Shown here one piece after another: positions 1-9,926 of a stretch of DNA of 30,162 nucleotides. This DNA is from Actinomycetota bacterium. Its GTDB lineage: Bacteria; Actinomycetota; Actinomycetes; Nanopelagicales; Nanopelagicaceae. The stretch spans positions 1 through 30,162 of the forward strand of contig JBEAXZ010000001.1 of the NCBI GenBank assembly GCA_041159565.1. The letters are read 5' to 3'. The notes under the pieces were generated by a model. The model had not been told where the DNA came from and ran no database searches. It saw only the letters and a list, made by a program, of their open reading frames with translations. Numbering within the stretch: position 1 is the stretch's first letter; each line of letters opens with the position of its first letter. The position numbers and the translations under genes were made by a program.

Positions 1-383
1 TGCTCTGCTTTCCAAGGTCTAAGCGGCTCGAGAGAGTGAGCAGTTACAACATGAGGAATGCCAAATATCTTTGCGGCAAGGTGGCCTGCAAAGTTCGCGT
101 ACCAGGTATGACTATGGGCAACATCAACCTCGGCTAGGTATCTTGAAATCTCCTCACCGAGAAGCAAGGCTTGAAAGGCTGGGTTTATCTGGTTCAACTC
201 TTCGGCGAGTTGATGTCCAATAGCGCCTGTGCGAGTTGGGCCATAACAATGCACCTCAGCGGAAATCTCAGGGATCTTTTCTAGCGCCGAGACCAAATTT
301 GTTACGTGTACACCAGCGCCACCATAAATATGTGGGGGCCATTCCTTAGTAATCATGGCGACTTTGACCTGTTTATTGCCCAC
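1..383 (-). CDS. glgA: Glycogen synthase (GT4, actinobacterial GlgA/GlgM type), N-terminal part; runs off the left edge
   Basis: Not in the ORF track because it is truncated. The minus strand reads (V)GNKQVKVAMITKEWPPHIYGGAGVHV, the typical actinobacterial GlgA N-terminus, and lies divergent from glgC. GTG at 383 is preferred because TACTCT lies 6 nt upstream; an in-frame ATG is at 386. Confidence 0.88.
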   Translation of the reverse strand, partial: MGNKQVKVAMITKEWPPHIYGGAGVHVTNLVSALEKIPEISAEVHCYGPTRTGAIGHQLAEELNQINPAFQALLLGEEISRYLAEVDVAHSHTWYANFAGHLAAKIFGIPHVVTAHSLEPLRPWKAE

Positions 384-389
384 CATCCA

Positions 390-399
390 AGAGTATCGT
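390..399. promoter_or_regulatory. Overlapping divergent -10 hexamers for leaderless glgA and glgC
   Basis: Plus-strand TATCGT (394-399) is 6 nt before the glgC ATG at 406. Minus-strand TACTCT (395-390) is 6 nt before GTG at 383. Neither gene has a recognisable SD. Confidence 0.6.
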
Positions 400-405
400 T
401 AGGAC

Positions 406-1629
406 ATGGCCCGCCTTGATCTTCCGCTAGGAATAGTTCTTGCTGGCGGTGAAGGCAAGCGTTTGATGCCGCTAACAGCGGATAGAGCAAAGCCGGCGGT
501 ACCTTTTGGTGGCTCCTATCGTTTAGTTGATTTTGTTTTATCAAATCTTGTTAATGCAGGCTTTTTGAAGATTGCAGTGTTGACTCAATACAAGTCACAT
601 TCTTTAGATCGTCACATAACCACAACTTGGCGCATGTCAAATTTGTTAGGTAATTACATAACACCAGTACCTGCACAACAGCGATTAGGTCCCCGTTGGT
701 ACACGGGAAGCGCAGATGCAATTCTGCAAAACTTCAATTTAATTCATGATGAGAATCCAAAGCATGTAATTGTCTTTGGTGCCGATCACGTATATCGCAT
801 GGATCCAGATCAAATGTACAAACAACATCTGCAAACTGATGCTGGCGTTACGGTGGCGGCCATCCGAGTTAAGCGCAGCGAGGCCTCAGATTTTGGCGTA
901 ATCGAACTAGCTGAAGATGGCATAACCATAAAAGCATTCCATGAAAAACCTAAAGATCCACCAGCTATGCCAGGCCATCCTGATTTAGCGTTGGTGTCGA
1001 TGGGAAATTACATCTTTCGTCGTGATGCTATGGAAGAGGCTTTGATAATTGATTCTGAGGATATCGAGAGTCGTCACGATATTGGCGGCAACATAATTCC
1101 TGCGATGACCAAAGCGGGCTTAGCTAAAGTTTATGATTTTGCAAACAATGTGGTGCCGGGCGAAACAGAACGTGACAAAGGTTATTGGCGAGATGTAGGT
1201 TCGATAGATTCATACTTTGATGCCCACATGGATTTAGTTTCCCCACTTCCTATCTTTAATCTCTACAACCGTCAGTGGCCCATACTCACAAATCCACCTT
1301 CAAACCCACCCGCTAAATTCTCTGAGCGTGGTATTGCCTTTGATTCGGTTGTAGGCGCTGGTTCCATTATTTCTGGGGGAGAGCTGCGCAGAACCGTTGC
1401 CTCCTACGATGTAATGGTTAACCGAGATGCTGCAATCGAGAGCGCAGTACTAATGCCAGCGGTGAAGATTGGCGAAGGCGCAAAGATAAAGAATGCGATT
1501 TTGGATAAGAATGTAATAGTGGAGCCTGGCGCAACAATTGGTTACGACCTCGACCGAGATCGCCAACGCTTTACTGTTTCACCTGGTGGGATTGTTGTTG
1601 TTGGAAAAGGCATAACGGTAAGTCGTTAA
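406..1629 (+). CDS. glgC: Glucose-1-phosphate adenylyltransferase (ADP-glucose pyrophosphorylase)
   Basis: Motifs [42 protein letters not shown] and YWRDVG, plus a C-terminal left-handed beta-helix region. Confidence 0.97.
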   Translation: MARLDLPLGIVLAGGEGKRLMPLTADRAKPAVPFGGSYRLVDFVLSNLVNAGFLKIAVLTQYKSHSLDRHITTTWRMSNLLGNYITPVPAQQRLGPRWYTGSADAILQNFNLIHDENPKHVIVFGADHVYRMDPDQMYKQHLQTDAGVTVAAIRVKRSEASDFGVIELAEDGITIKAFHEKPKDPPAMPGHPDLALVSMGNYIFRRDAMEEALIIDSEDIESRHDIGGNIIPAMTKAGLAKVYDFANNVVPGETERDKGYWRDVGSIDSYFDAHMDLVSPLPIFNLYNRQWPILTNPPSNPPAKFSERGIAFDSVVGAGSIISGGELRRTVASYDVMVNRDAAIESAVLMPAVKIGEGAKIKNAILDKNVIVEPGATIGYDLDRDRQRFTVSPGGIVVVGKGITVSR

Positions 1630-1714
1630 AATCAAGGATTTTTTCATAGGCTAGAATTGGCCCAGGTCAAAGAAGACCACTTCACTAGATTCCAAATTAA
1701 TCGGAGTAATTCTT

Positions 1715-2740
1715 ATGCGTTTTGGTGTGCTGACAGGTGGCGGAGATTGCCCAGGTCTGAATGCGGTAATCCGCGCAGTAGTTCGCAAAGGTGAGAAAGA
1801 ATACGGCTACGAGTTTGTCGGTTTCCGTGATGGCTGGAAGGGACCACTTGAAGGTTTAACCATGCCACTCAACATCGCTGCGACGCGAGGCATTTTGCCG
1901 CGAGGCGGAACCATTCTCGGTTCATCACGTACCAATCCATTCAAAATTGAGAATGGTGTCGAGCGCATCAAGGAAAACCTTGCCAAGATGAATATCGATG
2001 CATTGATTGCGATTGGTGGCGAAGATACTTTAGGTGTAGCTACCAAGTTAGATGCTCTTGGCGTAAAGGTGATTGGTGTTCCTAAGACTATTGATAATGA
2101 TCTAAACAATACTGATTACACATTTGGCTTTGATACAGCGGTCAATATCGCTGTCGAGGCGATTGATCGTTTGCACACAACCGCAGAATCACATCACCGC
2201 GCTTTAATTGTTGAGGTTATGGGTCGCCATGCAGGCTGGATTGCATTGCACTCTGGTTTAGCTGGCGGAGCATCCTGCATTTTGATCCCTGAGGTTCCCT
2301 TTGATATCGAAAAGGTTTGCCGATATGTGGAGTCACGCTTTGAGCAGTCTTATGCGCCAATCATTGTGGTAGCTGAAGGTGCACTGCCAAAGGATGGCGA
2401 CCTGATTACCAAAGACTCAACCTTGGATGCTTTCGGACATGTTAAGTTGTCGGGAATTGGTGAATGGCTGGCCAAGGAGATTGAAAAGCGCACTGGTACA
2501 GAGGCTCGAACCTCTATCTTGGGTCATATTCAACGTGGTGGAACTCCAACCGCATTTGATCGAGTGCTAGCAACCCGTTTCGGACTACATGCTATTACCG
2601 CAGCTCATGAGGGTGACTGGGGCAAGATGGTTGCGCTTCATAGCACCAACATCGCTCGTGTTCCACTGGCTTCGGCAACTGAAAAGTTGAAGACGGTAGA
2701 TCCAGCCTTGTTAGCTGAAGCAGAAGTCTTCTTCGGATAA
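1715..2740 (+). CDS. pfkA: 6-phosphofructokinase, actinobacterial group III (mixed-substrate) type
   Basis: Motifs GGGDCPGLN, GGTILGSSR, GGEDT, PKTIDND, EVMGRHAGW and LGHIQRGG. SD GGAG lies upstream and a candidate -10 TAGAAT is near 1653. Confidence 0.95.
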   Translation: MRFGVLTGGGDCPGLNAVIRAVVRKGEKEYGYEFVGFRDGWKGPLEGLTMPLNIAATRGILPRGGTILGSSRTNPFKIENGVERIKENLAKMNIDALIAIGGEDTLGVATKLDALGVKVIGVPKTIDNDLNNTDYTFGFDTAVNIAVEAIDRLHTTAESHHRALIVEVMGRHAGWIALHSGLAGGASCILIPEVPFDIEKVCRYVESRFEQSYAPIIVVAEGALPKDGDLITKDSTLDAFGHVKLSGIGEWLAKEIEKRTGTEARTSILGHIQRGGTPTAFDRVLATRFGLHAITAAHEGDWGKMVALHSTNIARVPLASATEKLKTVDPALLAEAEVFFG

Positions 2741-2782
2741 TTACCCTTCACGGACCATACCGAGTTATCTACCCTTAGAGAC

Positions 2783-4141
2783 ATGAATAGCAATCCAGGC
2801 AGTGCAGTTGGATTAGAAAATCTTTTTGATTCGACATTGCCAGCTGCCCAGCAACCTTCATGGCCAGATGCTCAAGCTTTAGATAATGCGGTTAATGAGT
2901 TAAAAGTTTTACCTCCATTGGTATTTGCGGGTGAATGTGACAACTTAAAGGCACGTATCGCTGAAGCGGCCGAAGGTAAAGCATTCTGGTTGCAGGGTGG
3001 AGATTGCGCTGAAACCTTTGCTGCGGCTACCGCTGATTCAATCAGAAATCGCATTAAGACAATTTTGCAGATGGCGGCGGTTTTGCAGTACGGGGCGAGC
3101 TTGCCGGTAATCAAGGTGGGACGCATGGCTGGACAGTTTGCTAAGCCGCGCAGTAATGATTTTGAAAAAAGAGGTGAGGTAACTCTTCCTGCTTATAGAG
3201 GGGATGCGGTTAATGATCTTGAGTTCACTGCCGAGGCCAGAAACCCAGATCCTTCTCGTTTGGTAAAGGTTTATCACACCTCATCAGCGACCCTAAATCT
3301 AGTTCGAGCTTTTACTCAAGGTGGTTTTGCTGATCTCAGATTGGTCCATGAATGGAATAAGGGTTTTATAAAAGATTCAAAAATTGGTGCCCGCTATGAA
3401 GCAATGGCAAATGAGATTGGACGTGCGCTGGACTTCATGCGCAGCGCAGGTGTCAATCCTGAAGAGTTTAAGACCGTTGATTTCTACGCTAGCCATGAAG
3501 CATTAATTCTGGAGTACGAAAAGGCGCTCACCAGAATCGATTCCCGCACGGGTAATCCTTATGATGTTTCCGCACACTTTGTCTGGATAGGAGAGCGGAC
3601 TAGGCAGATTAATGGCGCACATATGGATTTTGCAAAGAAAATCAAGAATCCAATTGGTGTAAAAATTGGTCCAAAGACCACCCCTGAAGATGCATTGTCG
3701 CTAATAAAAGAGTTGAACCCTGATAACGAACCTGGTCGTTTGACCTTTATTACCCGCATGGGAGCTGGAAATATCAGAGCAGTTCTACCAGCCATCGTTA
3801 AAGCGGTAAAGGATTCCGGCGCAAAGATTCTCTGGGTCTGCGATCCCATGCATGGAAATACTTACGAGGCTCCAAGTGGTTATAAAACCCGTAAATTTGA
3901 TGATGTTTTAGAAGAGGTAAAGGGGTTTTTTGAGGTTCATCAAACCCTAGGAACACATCCAGGCGGGATTCATATCGAGCTAACTGGTGATGATGTAACT
4001 GAGTGTGTAGGTGGAGGAGAGGAAATTTCCCATGATGACCTGGCGACTCGTTATGAAACCGCCTGCGATCCTCGTTTGAACCACACCCAATCTCTCGAGC
4101 TCGCATTTTTAGTCGCTGAGATGTTGCGCGACCGCAAGTAG
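2783..4141 (+). CDS. aroF: Class II 3-deoxy-7-phosphoheptulonate (DAHP) synthase
   Basis: Motifs LQGGDCAE, GRMAGQFAKPRS, WIGERT, CDPMHGNT, HIELTG and CDPRLN. TACCCT lies 7 nt before the ATG, so it is probably leaderless. Confidence 0.95.
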   Translation: MNSNPGSAVGLENLFDSTLPAAQQPSWPDAQALDNAVNELKVLPPLVFAGECDNLKARIAEAAEGKAFWLQGGDCAETFAAATADSIRNRIKTILQMAAVLQYGASLPVIKVGRMAGQFAKPRSNDFEKRGEVTLPAYRGDAVNDLEFTAEARNPDPSRLVKVYHTSSATLNLVRAFTQGGFADLRLVHEWNKGFIKDSKIGARYEAMANEIGRALDFMRSAGVNPEEFKTVDFYASHEALILEYEKALTRIDSRTGNPYDVSAHFVWIGERTRQINGAHMDFAKKIKNPIGVKIGPKTTPEDALSLIKELNPDNEPGRLTFITRMGAGNIRAVLPAIVKAVKDSGAKILWVCDPMHGNTYEAPSGYKTRKFDDVLEEVKGFFEVHQTLGTHPGGIHIELTGDDVTECVGGGEEISHDDLATRYETACDPRLNHTQSLELAFLVAEMLRDRK

Positions 4142-4144
4142 TAA

Positions 4145-4642
4145 GTGCGAATGAACCTTGAAATTCTGAATTATCAGGAATTAAAAACCCCGATTGGAAA
4201 TCTAACCATATTAACTGAGGCCGATACCTTGGTGGCCTGCGGCTTTCTCTCAGTCAATAATTTGATGAAAGGTTCTCCTGATGCAGAGATTAAGCGGAGG
4301 GTTAAACCCGATCAAATAACGGGATTAATTAGAGATTACTTTGAGGGAGATTTGTCGGCAATTAATTCAATCAAGGTGAGGCAGCCTGGAGGGGAATTCT
4401 CTCAAACCGCTTGGCGTGCGATGCGCAAGGTCAGAGTTGGAAATGTAATCTCCTATGCAGAGCTTGCAAACAAAGCGGGTTCACCGAAAGCGGTTAGAGC
4501 AGCAGGTTCTGCCTGTGCTAAAAATAGAGTCGCCATAGTTGTCCCATGTCATCGCATTATAAAAACCGGTGGTGGTTTAGGAAATTATGCTTATGGTCTT
4601 AAAGCCAAAGAGTGGTTGCTAAGCCACGAAGGCGCGTTGTAA
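4145..4642 (+). CDS. ogt: Methylated-DNA--protein-cysteine methyltransferase
   Basis: Active-site PCHR, the SYAELA...AVRAAGSAC helix-turn-helix, and KEWLLSHEG near the C-terminus. Confidence 0.92.
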   Translation: MRMNLEILNYQELKTPIGNLTILTEADTLVACGFLSVNNLMKGSPDAEIKRRVKPDQITGLIRDYFEGDLSAINSIKVRQPGGEFSQTAWRAMRKVRVGNVISYAELANKAGSPKAVRAAGSACAKNRVAIVVPCHRIIKTGGGLGNYAYGLKAKEWLLSHEGAL

Positions 4643-5668
4643 CAATCTCTGCAAGATTTCACTGGCCTGTTGAATCTGCGGTGCTGTGATATCCATGTGG
4701 GTTACCAACCTTACATAATTGGGCCCTAAGGCACTTATTAACAATCCTTCAGATTTTGCATTAGAGGCAAACTCTGCAGCGGTTAATTTAGCCCCCACAA
4801 GATCTAATCCCACGATATTAGTATCGACAAGATCTGGATTTACAACTGACGCTTGGGCCTCTTGGCACGCCTTTGCTAACTTCTTTGCATTGACATGATC
4901 ATTTGCCAGAAGTGGAATGTTGTTATCTAGTGCGTAATGGCCGGCTGCTGCTAGCAAACCAATCTGCCTCATGCCTGCCCCATAGCGCTTACGCCAAACC
5001 CTGGCCTTTGCGACCTTATCCTTATTTGAAATCATCAGTGAACCAACCGGTGCACCAAGTCCTTTAGATAAACAAACGCTTATAGTGTCAAAGAATTTTC
5101 CATACTCCTTAAAAGCTACACCACTAGCAACATGAGCGTTCCAAATTCTGGCCCCATCTAGGTGCAGTGCAATTCCTTGTCCTTGAACCGCGGTGTACAA
5201 CTTTTCAATCTCAGATAGAGATTGCACTGTTCCGCCACCAAAGTTGTGGGTATTCTCAATAGCAATTGCTGTTGTAGAAACTAAATATGGTCCAGAGTTT
5301 GGTCTGGCATAACTCAGCACATTGGCATGGTCGAGCAAACCTCTCTCATCCCGCCAAGTTCTAGTTGTTATTCCGCTAAATACCGCAGCAGCGCCTAACT
5401 CTGCCCGTGCAATATGTGAGTTCGCTTCACACAGAAGCTCTTCTCCGGGAGCAACCAAAGTTCTAATACCTAGTTGATTGGCAAGTGATCCAGTCGGAGT
5501 GAAAACCGCTGCCTCTTTACCAAACAAATCCGCGACCCGTTCCTCAAGTGAGTTAACTGTTGGATCATCACCATAAACATCATCACCAACCACAGCCTCT
5601 GCAATTGCAGCTCTCATCCCAGCAGAAGGCTTGGTAACGGTATCTGAACGCAGGTCGATTAACTCCAT
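4619..5668 (-). CDS. ltaE: Low-specificity L-threonine aldolase (PLP-dependent)
   Basis: Motifs IDLRSDTVT, VGDDVYGDDPTV, ENTHN, HLDGARIWNA and CLSKGLGAPVG. Start moved from 5680 to ATG 5668, which has SD AAGGA upstream. Confidence 0.92.
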   Translation of the reverse strand: MELIDLRSDTVTKPSAGMRAAIAEAVVGDDVYGDDPTVNSLEERVADLFGKEAAVFTPTGSLANQLGIRTLVAPGEELLCEANSHIARAELGAAAVFSGITTRTWRDERGLLDHANVLSYARPNSGPYLVSTTAIAIENTHNFGGGTVQSLSEIEKLYTAVQGQGIALHLDGARIWNAHVASGVAFKEYGKFFDTISVCLSKGLGAPVGSLMISNKDKVAKARVWRKRYGAGMRQIGLLAAAGHYALDNNIPLLANDHVNAKKLAKACQEAQASVVNPDLVDTNIVGLDLVGAKLTAAEFASNAKSEGLLISALGPNYVRLVTHMDITAPQIQQASEILQRLLQRAFVA

Positions 5669-5692
5669 AAAGTCCTTCATAGAGAAATAATC

Positions 5693-6565
5693 TCAGGCGG
5701 TCTCGTTATTGTGAACCCTTGCAGAAACTTTAGGTTGCACAATTGCCAACATGGCAATTAAAACCAAGGTGCCACCTACAGCCAGACGGAGGGTAAATGG
5801 CTCCATGCCGTACATGAAGGAGAACATGGCGGCAAATACCACCTCCATAGTGAGAATAACCGCCACCTTCGTGGTTGAGATTCTGGCTTGTGACCAGGTC
5901 TGGATTACAAAAGCAAAAGCTGTTGCAAATACCGCAGTGAAAATAACTACTGACCAAACCTGTAAATCTGGTGGAGCCTTATACCCATTTAGTAATGCGG
6001 GGATAGCAGACAAGATCGCGCATCCAACTAACTGGATAACGGTTAATGCGTAGGCGTCAAACTCTTTACTCCAGGCACCAAGCAGAATTATGTGCAGCGC
6101 AAAAAAGATTGCCGAAGCTAAGACAAATAGCTCTCCAACTCCGATACTCCAACCATCTACTGAAAGTATGGCAAGACCAGTTACTGCCAGGGCAATATAA
6201 AAACTCATCAATAGATTGAATCTTTCCTTTAGAAATAGAAAAGCTAGAAGAGGGGTAAATACAACATATAGACCGGTTATGAATCCTGTGATTGCTGGAG
6301 TAGTCCTTTCCAGACCAAGCGTTTGCAAAATATAGCCAGCCCCCAAGGCTGTTCCGATGGTCAAACCTTTGACGACTAACTCCTTATTGAAGAGGCGAAG
6401 TACCGATGGCTTTATCAAGACCATCGCAAAGGCTGCAACCAAGAATCGAGATACTAGAAAGCTATAAACATCCTGTTGGTCCAATATGTCTTTCATCCAG
6501 ACAAAGGAAATTCCCCACATGGCGGCAACCGCAAGGAGAGCCCACGGCGCTAATTTCATCTGCAT
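5693..6565 (-). CDS. EamA/DMT-family transporter, substrate unknown
   Basis: About ten hydrophobic segments in two repeats, with AMWGISF, SRFLVAA and GELFVLASA. Its start overlaps the nfo stop (TAATG). Confidence 0.88.
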   Translation of the reverse strand: MQMKLAPWALLAVAAMWGISFVWMKDILDQQDVYSFLVSRFLVAAFAMVLIKPSVLRLFNKELVVKGLTIGTALGAGYILQTLGLERTTPAITGFITGLYVVFTPLLAFLFLKERFNLLMSFYIALAVTGLAILSVDGWSIGVGELFVLASAIFFALHIILLGAWSKEFDAYALTVIQLVGCAILSAIPALLNGYKAPPDLQVWSVVIFTAVFATAFAFVIQTWSQARISTTKVAVILTMEVVFAAMFSFMYGMEPFTLRLAVGGTLVLIAMLAIVQPKVSARVHNNETA

Positions 6566-7446
6566 TATTTATCTCGCATTTTCTTAAGGGCAGCAACTTC
6601 GCGACCATGCTCAGGTTCTTCACCGGGGGTTTCTAATATAAGTGGTGCATTTGCAATAGCAGGATGAGCGATTAATTCGGCAAAGGGTTCAATTCCTAAT
6701 TCTCCTTCGCCTAAGTTCTGATGTCTATCTTTAAGTGAACCCAAAACATCCATCGAGTCGTTGGCATGGATGAGCTGGATCCGTTCCTTGCCGGCGACTT
6801 CAACTAGTAGGTCAATAGTTTTGGTCATGCCACCTTTGGTTTTAATGTCATGGCCTGCTGCGAAAACATGGCAGGTATCGAGACAGACACCAACTTTAGG
6901 ATGCCACTCCAGAGCTTCAAAGTACTTTGTTAAATCATCTAATTTCTTAACCAGAGACTGACCTTGACCAGCTGTTGGTTCGAGAAGTAACCAAGGATCT
7001 TTGTCATCTAATTTTTCTAAGATCGGCATCATGCCCTTATGGATCTGTTTCCAAGCTTGCTTAACATGAGCCTCATCGACCGCTGATCCAGTATGGATTA
7101 CTACTCCAAGAGCACCGATATCTCGGCCTCGCTTTAGTGAGTACTGTGTTGAGGCCAGAGAGTTTTTATAGGTTGCTTCAGTAGGGGAGCCCAAGTTGAT
7201 TAGGAATGGGGCGTGCACGTAGGTTTCAATATCCAACTCTTGAGCTTTAACAATAAATGCTTGGTCCGCTTCTGGGTTGGCAGGAGGCATAGCCCAGGTT
7301 CTGGGGCTGGATGCAAATACCTGAATGGCCTCCGCTTTAATGGTTTGGGCATATTGAATTGAACGCTTTGCCATGCCTCCGGTAGTCGGAACATGAGCGC
7401 CAATTCTTGGCTTCTTTACAGATGAGCTATTGCTCTTTGCTGGCAT
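6565..7446 (-). CDS. nfo: Endonuclease IV (AP endonuclease)
   Basis: Motifs IGAHV, HAPFLINL, VIHTGS, LLEPTAGQG, CLDTCHVFAAG, HANDS, DRHQNLGEG and ILETP. Confidence 0.95.
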   Translation of the reverse strand: MPAKSNSSSVKKPRIGAHVPTTGGMAKRSIQYAQTIKAEAIQVFASSPRTWAMPPANPEADQAFIVKAQELDIETYVHAPFLINLGSPTEATYKNSLASTQYSLKRGRDIGALGVVIHTGSAVDEAHVKQAWKQIHKGMMPILEKLDDKDPWLLLEPTAGQGQSLVKKLDDLTKYFEALEWHPKVGVCLDTCHVFAAGHDIKTKGGMTKTIDLLVEVAGKERIQLIHANDSMDVLGSLKDRHQNLGEGELGIEPFAELIAHPAIANAPLILETPGEEPEHGREVAALKKMRDK

Positions 7447-7450
7447 TTGG

Positions 7451-9337
7451 TCACCCTACAGTGATAGTCACTGTTGAGCCACGTTTTACCTTGGTCCCTA
7501 CCTTTGGTGAGACGTTGGTTACTACCTTAGTTTTCTTGTTTCCAACACTCTTAACAACCACCTTGAGATCCAAATCCTTCAACGTTGCAACCGCCTTATC
7601 TTGAGGAAGGGAAAAAATATTAGGAATAAAGACAAACTCTGAACCCTTTGATACCAATAGGGTGATCTTGCCTCCCTTATCTAATTCACCAGCTGCGGGG
7701 GATTGGCTTATTACGGCACCTATTGGTAAATCTTCGCTAAAGATGTACTTGATATCTACCTCGAAACCAGCCTCAGTCAACTCATTTAGAGCTTGTTCTC
7801 CACTCTTTCCTTTGTAGCTACTTACACCAATCTGCTCAATACCTTTTGAAACAAATATGTTGACCTGACTATCACGCTTAATCCGTTCACCTGCGGTGGG
7901 AGCAGAGCGCATTATGAAACCTTTAGGAAACTCCGAGGAAAACTCTTCTAATACCTCACCCAAAATCAACTTGTTATCCTTCAAAAGGTTCTCTGCGACT
8001 TCAATCTTTAAACCTTGTAAATTGGGAACTGAATAACGCTCTTTACCGCGAGATACTGTTACTGCAACAGTTCCATTGGTATCAGCCCTGCCTCCGCCAG
8101 CGGGCTGTGAAGAGATTACCTTTCCTTCCGGAATATCCTCGCTGAACTCTTCGCGAGCAATCGCAAGGTTTAAACCCAAATCCTCTAATTGGCTTTTGGC
8201 TTGCTTAGTAGTCAAGCCAGCCAGAGATGGCACAACAACCTTTGAGCCGGGACCAACGATTATGTACCAGGAAAAGATACCGAGGACTAATGCCAGCCCC
8301 GCCGCAATCCTACGATTTCGCTTAACCCGTGGAGAGGCGTTGCTCTTCTTTGTGGACGCGGTTTTCTCTTTTTTCGCCACAGTTTCCTCTTTCTGGATAC
8401 TCTTCTTGTTTCGGGTTTTGCTCTCTTTTGCGTTTGATTTGATTTGCACTGGAGGAAGATCCAACTCCAAACTCAACTGCCTTCGCTTGGGGTCAAGCTT
8501 TTCAGAAAGCGTTCTTAGTAACTCCTGTAACTCGCCAGCATCTTTTGGTCTTTTATCAGGATCTATATCGGTTGCCTTCAAAACCAACTCATCAACCTCT
8601 GGTGAGATATTTGAGTTTAGTGTTGAAGGAGCCGGTACACGATCATTTACATGGCGTATGGCGATCTGAACTGGATCTTCACCTTGATAAGGTTTCTGAC
8701 CGGTAAGTAGTTCAAATAAAACTATACCTAGTGAGTAAACATCACTTCTAGCGTCGGAAATACCTCTTTGTACCTGCTCGGGAGAAAGATATGAAACGCT
8801 TCCCAAAATAACACTGGACTCTGCGGTCATGGTGCTACCGAGCAGAGCTCCACGGGCTAATCCAAAATCAGCAATTTTTATGCGGCCCTCTTTGGAAACC
8901 AAAATGTTCTCTGGCTTAATGTCTCTATGAACAATTCCTAACCTATGCGCTGCCGCGAGCGCACTTGCCACCGGCGTAACTAATTGCAGGGCTCTTTCAG
9001 CAGGTAGTGCACCCTGCTCATGTAGATAGTCTCTTAGAGTTGAACCCTCAATTAGCTCCATGACTATGAAGACACATGGTGTTCCACCTTGATTCCAACC
9101 TTGATCCAATACGGCGACGATATTTGGGTGCGATAGTGATGCCGCAGCTTTTGCCTCCCGGATGAAGCGAGAGACAAATTGTTCATCCTGAGCCAAATGA
9201 GGATGCATGACTTTCACCGCAACTTGACGGTCAAGACGTAAATCTAATGCTGCATAAATGGTGGCCATGCCACCTGAGGCAACAATTCGAGTGAGTTGAT
9301 ATCGACCATCAATTACTTCACCCGTTAAATCTGACAC
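7451..9337 (-). CDS. Stk1/PknL-like PASTA-domain Ser/Thr protein kinase
   Basis: Kinase motifs GGMATIY, VAVKVM, HRDIKPEN, DFG and YLSPEQ, one TM helix (about residues 345-365), then repeated PASTA-like units. TAAAAT lies 7 nt before the GTG, suggesting its own leaderless promoter. Confidence 0.95.
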   Translation of the reverse strand: MSDLTGEVIDGRYQLTRIVASGGMATIYAALDLRLDRQVAVKVMHPHLAQDEQFVSRFIREAKAAASLSHPNIVAVLDQGWNQGGTPCVFIVMELIEGSTLRDYLHEQGALPAERALQLVTPVASALAAAHRLGIVHRDIKPENILVSKEGRIKIADFGLARGALLGSTMTAESSVILGSVSYLSPEQVQRGISDARSDVYSLGIVLFELLTGQKPYQGEDPVQIAIRHVNDRVPAPSTLNSNISPEVDELVLKATDIDPDKRPKDAGELQELLRTLSEKLDPKRRQLSLELDLPPVQIKSNAKESKTRNKKSIQKEETVAKKEKTASTKKSNASPRVKRNRRIAAGLALVLGIFSWYIIVGPGSKVVVPSLAGLTTKQAKSQLEDLGLNLAIAREEFSEDIPEGKVISSQPAGGGRADTNGTVAVTVSRGKERYSVPNLQGLKIEVAENLLKDNKLILGEVLEEFSSEFPKGFIMRSAPTAGERIKRDSQVNIFVSKGIEQIGVSSYKGKSGEQALNELTEAGFEVDIKYIFSEDLPIGAVISQSPAAGELDKGGKITLLVSKGSEFVFIPNIFSLPQDKAVATLKDLDLKVVVKSVGNKKTKVVTNVSPKVGTKVKRGSTVTITVG

Positions 9338-9347
9338 GGATGGAATT

Positions 9348-9926
9348 TTAGATGAAACTCATCCCATCGATGCGAATAGTCGCGCAATCGCGGGTGTTTT
9401 CCTGCTTAAAATGCTCTGATTCCTGCATTTGCCAGAGAATCATGTGATTTTGAATGTAATCACCATCACGCCGTAGAACTCGATTTAAACCAACCTCAGC
9501 TTCAATATCAATCCAAATGAGCTGGTCTAAATATTTGCGTACCGCCCGTTGCCCAGATCCAACCCCTTCGAGAATTAAGAGATCTGGAACCATGAGTCTT
9601 TGTAGTTCACCGTACTTCATGTTTAGCCAATCAAACTTACGGTATTCGAATGACTTACCTTCACTAACTGGCTTTGCGATACCAATCTCTAAGTTCTTAG
9701 TTAATGTGACACTGAGTGCGTTATCCCAACCGTCATATAGGTCATCCATATGAACTACTTCAACCTTTAGATCGGAGTAGTTACTCTGCAGCTTTTTGGC
9801 CAGGGTGGTCTTGCCCGCGCCCGCAGGACCATCGATCGCGATTATCCGAGAAAATCTACTTCGTCTTTCACCAGTCTCTACTGTTGAAACAACATCGGAA
9901 AGGGATATAGCTGAACTCTCAGTCAT
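9348..9926 (-). CDS. Uridine-kinase-like P-loop small-molecule kinase, substrate unknown
   Basis: Walker A DGPAGAGKTT, HMDDLYDGW and ILEGVGS. ATGA overlap with the upstream Pnu transporter. Confidence 0.8.
   Translation of the reverse strand: MTESSAISLSDVVSTVETGERRSRFSRIIAIDGPAGAGKTTLAKKLQSNYSDLKVEVVHMDDLYDGWDNALSVTLTKNLEIGIAKPVSEGKSFEYRKFDWLNMKYGELQRLMVPDLLILEGVGSGQRAVRKYLDQLIWIDIEAEVGLNRVLRRDGDYIQNHMILWQMQESEHFKQENTRDCATIRIDGMSFI

Noticed and set aside
353-544. 63-aa minus-strand ORF
   Set aside because: Overlaps glgC antisense and the glgA start in another frame; the real minus-strand gene is the truncated glgA.
1660-1714. pfkA 5' leader as a possible structured RNA (GGTC-AAAGAA-GACC)
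   Set aside because: Only a 4-bp stem and no known riboswitch motif.
7451-8240. Repeated units in the kinase C-terminus as a DNA repeat
   Set aside because: These are ordinary diverged PASTA domains; no nucleotide-level tandem repeat is visible.
8076-8669. 197-aa plus-strand ORF with a hydrophobic stretch
   Set aside because: Antisense to the kinase juxtamembrane region; the Phe/Leu richness simply mirrors the Lys/Glu codons on the coding strand.
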